The notes below the pieces were generated by a model. The model was not told where the DNA came from. It saw nothing but the letters and a program-made list of their open reading frames with translations, and made no database searches. From Phallusia mammillata (taxonomy: Eukaryota): a DNA stretch of 64,000 nucleotides. Made by a program: the position numbers and the translations under genes. Below, in pieces: positions 34,783-45,518 of this stretch; the first letter of the stretch is position 1, and the number at the start of each line of letters is the position of its first letter. The stretch spans positions 26,226,001 through 26,290,000 of the forward strand of contig OZ281496.1 in the NCBI GenBank assembly GCA_965637545.1, in the 5' to 3' direction.

Positions 34783-37338
34783 CCCTGTTCTTGCTAAAAG
34801 CTGATATTGGTTAAAATATTCACGTTACGTAGGCTATTTAGTTTTTTTCGTTAGGTACTGTAGCTTTAAAATCAATTATCTGAACTGCTGCCCAAAAAAA
34901 CATTTTTATGTATTTTAGTTTGTCAACTTGAACTTACAATGACGTACTGTTCTTTCATCGGACATTAGTTTCATTTATGAGTTGGCAACGTCACTGGAAA
35001 TTAAAACAGCAGCAAAATGGAAACTAACCAGAGTTCAAGACTCACAGGTTTGTTTTTTTAATCACATAATTTACATGCTGTGTGTGGTGTTTTATGCATA
35101 ATCAACTTTCAAATAGTCCTTTGAATCGAGTATAAAATGGGTAAAACTACTGAACGTAGTCTTTCACATCGTAAATGATGATGATGGCATAAGCGATTGC
35201 CAAAACGTCTGGTAATAAATCATGTGGATTTTTTCGGTCGTTATTTTTAGGATATTTTGGTGCCAAAAGCGATTTTGGTGTTTGCAATCGTAATGATCGT
35301 CATCAAATTTCCATTGTGCTGCCAAAACTGACATTGGACTGTGATGAACTGTTATCCTTGAATGTTTGTTTAACGTCACACCACCGTACCGCGGGAAAAA
35401 AATCAATTTGTTTTGCTGTATGATCTGTAAGCGTTGAACCCAAGATTGCTTTTGCAAAATCGGTTGAAGAAAGATCGATTCATTTAAATTTGTGCTATAA
35501 AATTTACGACAATATTTTATTAAAATATATTTCTAACATTTGATTTTTAGTACAAACATTTTAAACTTTTACCTGAAAACCATTCATTTACTTCCAAATT
35601 GATGTTTTACGAAATCCATTGATAATTAATTCACACACAAATTGCCTGTTAAGTTACTCACAAACAATCAAATAGCATGTCACACAACATATGTAAGTGA
35701 CATCAGCACATTGAACTGGCGTTGTTAAAAGAATTTAAACACAACAATATCTACGTAAAAGTTTCACCATAACTTGGTCACATAAGCAAACAAAACTTAT
35801 TTAATTAAATGTAAACGCTTTTTATGCAGTCTTTCTGATAAGTTGTTTGCAAAACAAAACCAATAAAACAAACACGTTTTTGCTCCTACCAAATAAATCA
35901 CCTTCAACCTTCTAAACTATATTCGAAAATATATATTTTGCTGTGTGTGTACAAGAGTTATAAACGGGTCTGAAATTGAGCCCGACCCCAGCCCGTACCC
36001 GAGAATACAAGCGCGAATCCCGACCCGAACCTGAATCGTTTTTAAAAAACTTTTTCAGGCCCGAAACTCTGATTGACAGGCCTTTACAAAGATGTTTTCA
36101 GAAAGACAAAGAGAACAATCAGAAAAGACTATAATAGACAATGGTCTTAACTGTGGCGTTTTCGAGTCCATCATAGCTACTGAGTTAGTTAATTTTGTTT
36201 TTTAAATTACTGACACACCGTTAGAAGTCAGACCCGAATCAAGCCCATTTTTTTAAGAAACCTAAGGCCGAACCCCCCAAAATCCCGTTCTGCGTAATGC
36301 TTTCCTGAGTAAAAAATATTGCAAGAGCAACTGTATCCAATATAGGTGTGTCTAAGCATGTCCCGTTATTCTCGCAAAGTTGGCCTCTGGATTTTTTTAA
36401 TATTGTGCAGTTGTGTCCAGGAACACAGAACAAAGAAGGAGGTAGCCATGACGCAGTGTACATTTGTTGTTTTAGCACTTACCGCACTAATTTCCATCTG
36501 TGTAGTTTGGATTGCAGGAACATTGGAAACTACCAGCAGTCGTTTTGTGCAGTTATTAAAATAAGAGTATGTACTTAATGGCAGATGTGAAGTCTTTCAT
36601 TTTGAAGTCGTACAAAACATTTGGTTCAATCTAGTTTTCCTTTTTGGTTGTTTAAACTGTATTTTGACTCAAGTATCTTAGTCGGGACTACAAGTGTCGT
36701 TCCCTATGGAATTGTAAACCTACGATTTGAAAAAACTAGAAATTGGGACAATAACTAAGACACGATTTTACACATTTTGTCCTGTGTACTACAGTCTTTT
36801 TCAAAATTACTTGGGTGGACTTTAGTAGTTTTGCGCGCCAAATTTTTTTTGTAAACTTAAGGATTACAAGTGCTTTCAATTTATGAATTATGGTTGTGGT
36901 TGCAAGGTTTAAATTACCGTTACCGTTTGTCTTTGAACAAATGTTTGTGTAACTGCAGCGCTGTTGCGTGGACAAAAAAGCAAAAAATGCTTTTCTACCG
37001 TACCAACTGTGGCGTTGTATCTCAATAATTTGTTGTAAAACTAACATAAAGGCTTTTTGTGCCTAATTGATCAAAGAATAATACAAAAAATGAAAAAATT
37101 AAGTATTTTGACAATTTTTCGCTGTAGTGGTTGTGTTGGTCATATTGGAACCAACATATTGGCCAAAACGCATACAGTCGTTTATTTTTCTTGCAAGTAA
37201 ACCGACAACTTGCGATAAAGCACACTCCAATGTGCAGTAGCAAATTAAATCCAATATTGTCTCTTTTATAGCGACACAAATTGTATGTTAAATACTCTGT
37301 TACATAATGATTTTATTAGAAAAAAACCTACTGTAGGC

Positions 37339-37699
37339 CAGTGGCGTAGGCATCCAAAAATTTTGGGAGGGGCCAAATGATTTGTTGTCTAATACAACTT
37401 TTTGCTAACGCTCAGCGTGCTTTTACCAAACACGTGACTTGCCAAACTGTGGTTCGACGGAACAGCCAAACGCTTTATTGATTTATTCCATGTCTACATA
37501 AATCAAAAAAGCATGGATTTCGGCTTACAACTTGGTGACAAAAGTCATTTTTGGTAATAAATATATTCCTTTGATAGTTGAGAGACGAAACCACAATGAT
37601 GAGGGACGAAACTACACTAAATTTAAGTTTATCAATGTAACACTTTGAAAATTTGGGAGGGGCCATGGCCCCTTTGGCCCCTCCCTGGCTACGCCTTTG
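37339..37699. mobile_element. hAT-type MITE, 361 bp
   Basis: Ends CAGTGGCGTAGGC / GGCTACGCCTTTG; TSD CTGTAGGC at 37331-37338 and 37700-37707. Absent from the paralogous site near 23730. Confidence 0.85.
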
Positions 37700-38091
37700 C
37701 TGTAGGCTACTTAAAAAATAAGGATTTCGTCAAAACTGTAAAAGTGCATAGGCCAATAGACAAAAGCATAGCCGCATATAAACATAATCTTATCAAAATG
37801 TCCCTACTTTACAGAAAAATGATAATAATTAATCTTTAATAATATACAAAATCAAACTTAATCACACATTGGTTTCTGCACGCCTGAACTAAGGCTAAAT
37901 GTGCATGCATTCTATCAGAATTATGACAAATGAAAGACGCTTTCGTGACTGCAGTACAGTACATGCAAAAACAACCTAACACTATAGCAAGGACTTTACT
38001 TAATTACAACGCAACTGGTTTCATAAAAAGTGTATGGGTTTTACACATTAATCGATCACATTTAAAACGTTATGTTATTTTGGTGTGAGCC

Positions 38092-39752
38092 TTAAGTAGT
38101 TCGCTCGCAGATGGCCAACTTGCGCCGTCCACATGGGTGGTCATCCATTTTGAATCCGGTACCATACAAGTAAGCGCAGTCGGAACCAGCCACGTCGTTT
38201 GGCTCACCAGGAAAAAAATCGGTATTGGCTCTTGTCATTGGAACACCGTCAATGTATTTCCAAACTCCTTCTTCTTCAAGGTCATCTAATCCAACCCAGT
38301 AATCCGCTATTGGGCGCGTTTGGAGCAAATTTTCGATAATCCAACTTTAGATTTAAAAGCAAACAAATAAAGTACAGTAAATGCAACGGGTTGTTTTATC
38401 GCACAAAAAGTGGAATTCTTGGACCTGCAAAGGGCCGCTATGGAATTCCATTTAAAAAGCGTTTAATTCTTTCTTCGTCTTTCGTTGATGTTACACAATG
38501 TTTTATGTGTCTAATAAACTCGGTACCTGCGAACAGTTGCATTTCTCATTCCCCACGTCGCCAAATCTCCACCAATTGACTGACAATATTTCCTTGCGTT
38601 TGCCCAATTTCTTTCAGTGGTCATAATCACGTGTTCAAGCTCTAATACAGAGGTGTTTGTAAAACCAAATCATATTTTGTGCAGTTTCATAACGCCACCA
38701 ATAATACCTTTCTCACAATGGCTTTCTGAGTACCATACTTTGCAAGAGCAATTGTAGGCAGTACTGGTGTCCAAGCAAGTTCCGTTATGCTGGCAAAGGC
38801 CGACATTAGTTGAGCAAAAGTTGGGTCCTTAAAGTATAAATATTAGAGACATCCAGACATTTGTAATATTCTGTTTTCTAGTCAAGCTTACGACACCGCT
38901 TGCCATCTCCTTTATAGTTTGCGTTGCATGAACACTGGTAGCTACCCACTGTATTTGTGCAGGTTGCGTGTTGATTGCAGTCATGGGTTTGAGTTGAGCA
39001 CTCATCAATATCTAAACATATTTATTGGTTGGTAAGACTGACAGGCCCATAATCCGCGAACAATTTCAACTGAGGTTTTTACAATTTACCTTTTTCGCAT
39101 CGAATTCCACTGAACCCTGAATCACACAAACACTTGTAATGTAGGGATTGAATGACGAAAAATCCACCATTAAGACAGGTGTCTGAATGAAAGACAAATG
39201 GTTGCAAAAGCGTCTCAACATTAAATCTCTTCTCTAAGTTTAAGCTAACGTTAAAGGTTATGTTCGAAATGTTTTTCGATTAAAAATTAATTTACCACTT
39301 TTATTAGGCACCTATAAGAACTATTAATAGTCAACGGTTACCGTTGTGTCTTTCAAGCTTAGTGAATTGCCGCACCTCTCCCAACTCGTTTTGAATGTTT
39401 AAAGCCTAAAAATCATGTCTTTGAATGTTTTGTTGAAACTTTTTAGAAGAAAAAATACTTACCATAAAATGAACTCCTACAAATTCAAAAACGATTGTCA
39501 AAAAAAGAGCAAAAGCAATTCCCAAAAACAGTCTTTTAGAAGTTGTAACGTTTCCGGTCAAGATTTCGGACAATTTTGACTTTTTTGCCTGGTCTTGCAT
39601 TGTTTTGCAATCTAAAAAACTCTACGTTATCTCATGATTTATCCAATTATCCCAATTTATGCAAAATACTTACGTTGATCAGGAGTTGACAGCTCACCAA
39701 TCTTGCAGTTTTCTTCTTGAACGTCCATGGTTATGTATTTATTTGAAGACAT
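38092..39752 (-). CDS. L7: intact type II EGF3-CTLD receptor (330 aa)
   Basis: Exons 39752-39674 (MSSNKYITM..), 39611-39463 (TM with internal Glu), 39405-39342, 39182-39090, 39011-38892, 38827-38708, 38641-38527 and 38344-38092 (EPNDVAGSDC..MDD). 993 nt, open frame. Confidence 0.92.
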
Positions 39753-40631
39753 TTTTTTCGTTAGGACGTAACTTTTCTTCGGCTATTTTCCTTTATACTG
39801 TCTGTTGATTTGTTGAAGACCCACAATTTACGTTGCAGTATCTACCTTTTTTTCAGTGTATTGCAATAATGGCTAAAAATCCTATTGCCCACAATGTATA
39901 GTTGTAAAATAACGTTGACAAAACTAAATTTAGACACCTTTGGCTACAAATGCCACCAAAACAAAGGCAAGGTAGATGTGTCCTGTCATATAAATGCACG
40001 GAAATGGCTCGTTTTGTACTAATGAGCGCAGTTTGGCACACGTTACGTCAAAGGAAGAGAATGTCGTTAAAATTGCCATAAATCAATCGCACAAAGTGAC
40101 TGGTTTCTTTGAATCGCTAATTAATGAACTGATGTGGTGTGTTGTTGCCGTCGTAAATTTTTGGCATGCGACAGTTTCCATATTCCTTCACTAATTTTTG
40201 CCTGGCCATCGAAAGCGAAATTACTTTTTCCTTTTCGGTTTGTTTGCGAGATTTGAACCTAAAGAAACCTCTAACTGTTATTTGGAAATCAAATTTCTAG
40301 TCATTAAATATTGCAGCTTAATTACTTTCCACAATAAGTCATTTTAGATTTGTAAAGTTTTTTTTTTTTTACTAGGACTTGCTTTTCAGCTATTGCCCTG
40401 TTCTTACCAAAAGTACACACTGGTTAAAATATTTCACTAGTTTATGTAGGCTATTTCGTTTTTTCGTTACACATTGTAGCATTAAAATAATTCTCTGACT
40501 AGCCACACGAAACTGTTTGAAATCATTTTTGTGTGTTTTAGTTGGTCAACTTGAACATACAATGATGTGCCTTCCATATATCGGACTTTAATTTGTTGGC
40601 ATTGTAACTGGAATTTAAATCAATAGTAAAA

Positions 40632-40990
40632 ATGGAAACTAAAGAAAAATCAAAGCTGACAGGTTTGTTTCTGAATTCATATGTAGTTTACATAGTACGT
40701 GTACAATGTTGCATAGGCCCAATTCATTTTTAAAACAGGTTTTTGAATCGAGTATACCTATGTTAGTCATTCAAATCGCTCATGATAATGATGGCATAAG
40801 CGCTGGCCAGACGCCTGAGAATAAACCGTGTGAGTTTTTTTCGTCCGGTATTCCCAGTATATTTCTCATTAGGGTATTTTGGATTGGAAACGCGCCAAAA
40901 TCAATCTTGTTATTTGCAGTTGTAATCTTTAAATTTCCACTGTATTGCCAAAAAAATTGCGATTGCAGTCAAGATGGCCACAACAACTGA
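40632..40990 (+). pseudogene. Best-preserved MET-family relic: two-exon ORF of 85 aa, possibly a small membrane peptide or a truncated gene
   Basis: 40632-40662 (METKEKSKLT) |GTTTGT..TTAG| 40767-40990 in frame (VIQIAHDNDG..RVFWIGNAPKSILLFAVVIFKFPLYC..). No downstream exons found. Confidence 0.35.
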
Positions 40991-41325
40991 TATCTTTGAA
41001 CTAACATCTTTAAACCTTCAATGGACAAAACATAAGTTATATGTAATGTATTGATTACAGCTCTGCCCAGTTTTTTTAACACCATTCCTTTGTGGTAACG
41101 CTTGTTGGTTTGATGTAGTACACTTATAATGAAAAAATACGTTATGGTATGTGGTAGGTACTAGTTAGTTTGTTGCATGTGAAAGTAATATGACGTCACA
41201 AGGAAACAATCTAACAAACCAAAGGCATTGTTATTTCATTGTTTAAACAATGGTTTTGTAAAACTGTGTTTTTTTAATGGCAATCTTTACTGCGTGTAGT
41301 TTGAACTTTCACACTTGCTGCCATC

Positions 41326-44198
41326 ATGTCCTATAATCGGGGAAGAAGAAATACGAAAAACGCCTACATTGTTCCCGACCGAAAAAACACCACCAAAACC
41401 CTTTCAGGTAACCTTAGCTTGATTTTTTGTAAGCTTTTAAAATCTTTTTTGTGTTTCATGCAGGTCATCGCTTGGGTGGCTTTAAACCGACTCAGCCACG
41501 GTCACTGCAACACGTTGTTAAAGATGTGGACGATTTGCGTGGTGTAGTAGTAGGAATTTCAAGTGTAATGCTTATCACATTCATTTGCGGATTTGCAACA
41601 ACTTATATTTTGGTATGTAGCCTTGGAAAGAGTATCGACGCAATGTATACTAGCGCAATTTTTCCATGTTTATTTATTATCAGGAGTGGGTTTAGTTTAC
41701 CGTAAACATCCCGCGCTCTCAAACATTTTTCATGATGTCAAAATCCAGTTGCACATTCATAAGATTTTTTCTTTGCATTGGAATCTTACATTGTGGTTTA
41801 GATATGTTCTTGAAGCCTAAACACTGAAAATTCCAGTTCAAATTTTTACCAGGGTTTAAAAGAGCGAGTTGTTTTGTAGGTGCCGCGTTTTGTTAGAATA
41901 CTTAGGTTTGGTAATGTTATGCTCAAAAGTTGTTTTGTAGCGAAGGGTTATTGTTGGCTGCATATATATAAGTTATAACCTACCTAAAGTGTGGTTACAT
42001 ACTACTTTCAGATTTTGGGATACGAACCGCCACAAGAAAAATACAACGGTATTACAAATATAGTTTATTCGTAGTAGGCTACTGTGCTCTTAACAAAATC
42101 CCTTTTTTACAGGTACATGTCTCAACAATGGATCATTTAATTTTAGTGTTGAATCACTTGATTTCAATTGCATTTGTACTCCGGAATTTACAGGACACGA
42201 TTGTGGAATTGGTGAGTTTAGGAGCAAAACCCTTTAAAATTTGTTTTTGGTGCATGTGCGCATCTGGATCGCTGGATTTCAGCTAAAATTTTCAAAAAGT
42301 ACTAACACGTTTATATGTTTACACACACCACCTCTTACCTAAAAGGGTAAAACTGTTAAAATACGCAAGAAACCGATTAAAAATAAATAGTATGAGGTTT
42401 TTATCCAAAGCGTTTTTTAATGGCGTGGTCTTTCAAATCATTTGAAAATAATTCAAAAGCCTTTTTTTATCTGTGTTATTTGTGACATTTAGACATAGAT
42501 GAATGTTTGATTGGGACTCATAACTGCAGCCACCAGGAGGATTGCACAAACTTATATGGAGGTCACCTGTGTACTTGTAACTCAAACCACACTCAAAATG
42601 GCACCCAGTGCAGTAAGTCATATCAAAAGATCTGACAAAGTTACGAATTGGATCTTTTTGTCCAACGTGCATAAGACTAAAAAGTACTGACTATATTTAC
42701 TTCGTTGGTAGTTTCTGATTCGATATTGCAATGCGCGACCTGGGCAATGTTATAGCCAAAGAAACAATTAAACGGTGGGAAGTTTTGTAATGTGTATAGG
42801 CTTTACTTTTAAAATAGTTACAGCCGAGTATAGTGCGCCTAAAATAGCATTAAAAGTACAAGTCGCCTAAAAATTGTATCAATTTGCAGCACCTAACTAC
42901 TGTTCTTCTAATCCGGGACTTTGCATACATGGGACATGTGTGGATACAACTACAGATTATGATTGTTTATGTGAACGTTGGTGGGAAGGCAAAAACTGTG
43001 ACAGTAAGCTGCTACGCTACATAAAACAAATGCTGTCCAAAATTTATTTTTATATTTTTTATAGGCAATTATAATTTGAACTTAAATTAAATTTGTAGCC
43101 TCTCAAGCTTGCTAAACGAAAACAAGAAATGTTCACAGCGCGTAGAAACGTTTTGCATCCAACTTTATTCTGTAAACCTAAAACTTATGTGTTTTATGTT
43201 TATCCTTTGCAAATAAATTTTACTTCACAATAACTCGCTCATTTTGTTTTCCCTATAAATCACGACAAAGTATAGAATCAGCTAAAGCAGTGGTTGCCAA
43301 AATATATGCTTGACAATTCTAAACATTCTTATTCCTTCCCAATAGACTATATAGTGGATGCTTAACCATACAAAGATCATTGAATTAAAGTTAATTTCTC
43401 CCTTCAAGTTTTAAAATTGTATTATATATGTTGTAGTTCCAAGTCGTCATGCATTGTCAAACAGATGGCGCAACTGGACGAGTGCAAGGGCACTTTGTCA
43501 AAAGCTCGGCGCAGACTTAGCGCACTGGGGAATGCAAGATCCAATAGTTAGAAGGTAAAATATTAAAGATTCAAACGATGTGTATTTATTTACCAAGCAT
43601 TACTGGTTGCCGGCTATAACTATACTGGCAACTGTATTTGAACTAGCAACAAAACAATTTACTGAATATGCTTGTGAACACAAGTGTTAACCTTTTAGGC
43701 TTAACTCTCTTCGACAACAATACAACACCATTAAAGAAACATTGATTACTGTAAAATAATAATTTATAGTTGCTTTAGTAAGTGGGTCCTGAGTTGGGAC
43801 CCAAATCCGAATATGTAGGCATAAAACCAGGGCAGAACCCACTAAAAAATGTGATTCAAACCCACCAGCCCTGTACCTCCTCTACTCAAATATAGGATTT
43901 TAGCTAAAAATATTATGAATTGTTTTTTACCAGACGATTAGTCGATTTCTTGCTTCGTCCCCAAGGCGGTGCATTTTGGATCGGTTTAACGGACCTAGAT
44001 GTGGAAGGTGAATGGAAGTACATTGATGGTGTAGCAATAACAGACAGCAATTCCAATTTTAATCCCAACGAACCAAACAACCTTGGAGGCTCAAATGACG
44101 CGAATTGTGCCGTGATAAAAGAATATTATGGCTTTCGAATGGACGATATTGACTGCGGTGCACTCCGAAACTCAATTTGCGAGAAAAGTCGAATATGA
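41326..44198 (+). CDS. L8: plus-strand type II EGF3-CTLD receptor (325 aa if the short stalk exon is used)
   Basis: Exons 41326-41407, 41464-41612 (TM GVVVGISSVMLITFICGFATTYIL), 41880-41910 (short stalk; the homologous long form 41853-41910 has TAG), 42113-42211 (4-Cys EGF), 42493-42612 (cbEGF), 42890-43003, 43437-43554 and 43934-44198 (FWIGLTD..EPN..MDD). AATAAA at 44232. Confidence 0.75.
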
Positions 44199-45518
44199 AC
44201 TTCAGTTTTATGGCATTTTTCTTGGTAGTACAATAAACTTTACATTCAAAAGTGATGCACTTGCTGCCTCAGTTGCTTTTAAAGCCGCCCACGAATGATT
44301 GTTACTTTTGACAAGCGACATTGGACAATAACGATCAAATTTGTTGCAATCGTTGCGAGTTGAAACATTTGACCGTTTAATCACTCGAGGCTTTGATAAA
44401 TTTTGCAGAATTACTCGATCGCCAAGCAGCCGTTTTGGCTCCGCTAATATTTTTCCAGGTACATTTTTTTTCGTTGAAATTCAGTGTTGACACAAATGTA
44501 CGTCCTAATTTCCGTGTTCTCATTCCAACAGGTATTCCATGATAGTTTCCACACGGAATATGCGCAATCAACATGCTTTTCTAGATATTTTACCAATGCC
44601 AATGAGGATATGGAAGATATGTTTTTGTATTCACTTTGGTTCGTAACGACCTAGCAGTTAAGGTATTTCTTGATATTGTCCTTATTGTAAACATGACTAG
44701 ATGAATGTGTTATGTGGTACACAGTAGAAGTACATTGCCCCGAGAGGGTCGGTTATAAACATTTAATATCACACTTGTTACTTTATTTACTTTTATGTTA
44801 ATGATGTTACAATGTGTAAACGCTGCCAGTGCTCAGGTTTTAAACGATCTATCTTTGTTGTTAAACGCATGGTAAATCTTTGTTGTATTTGTTTTTACAA
44901 AATGCTTCTATGAGAAGTACTTGGATGCTTTTCAGGTGGTTAGTAATGATGAACAGATTGCATTTGTTTGTTGACAGCTATTACCCTGTTTTTGCTAAAA
45001 GCAGATACTGGTTAAAATATTTATAATCATGTGAGGTTTTTGTCCTGTATTCCCAGTATATTTCTTATGAGAATATTTTGGATTGGAAACGCGCCAAAAT
45101 CAATTTTGTTATTTGCAGTTGTAACGTCTTTAAATTTCCACTGTGTTACCAAAACTTAAAATTACTATTGCAGTCAAGATGGCCACAACAACTGATATCT
45201 TTGAACTAATATCTTTAAACCTTCAATGGACAAAACATGTATGAAATGTAATGATTACACCTCTGCCCAGTTTTTTGACATCATTCCTTTTTGGTAACGC
45301 TTGTTGGTTGATGTAGAAACACTTATAATTAAAAAATACATTATGGTGTGTAGTAAGTACAAGATTGTTGCATGTGCAAGTAATATGACGTCACAAGGAA
45401 ACAATCTAACAAACCAATGGCATTGTTATTTCATTGTTTAAACAATGGTTTTGTAAAACTGCTTTATTAATGACAAATTTTACTGCTTGCAGTTTGTCAT
45501 TTAACAGTTGCTGCCATT

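Larger units (their letters stand above)
30926..38533. repeat. Segmental duplication B, copy 2
   Basis: Collinear with 19265-24548 apart from TE insertions. Confidence 0.9.

Noticed and set aside
44377-44574. Minus-strand ORF downstream of L8, with a partly open counterpart downstream of L9 and a DC..W..C..YIC-like pattern in another frame
   Set aside because: No consistent frame or splice sites across the two copies; resemblance to a lectin C-terminus is too weak.
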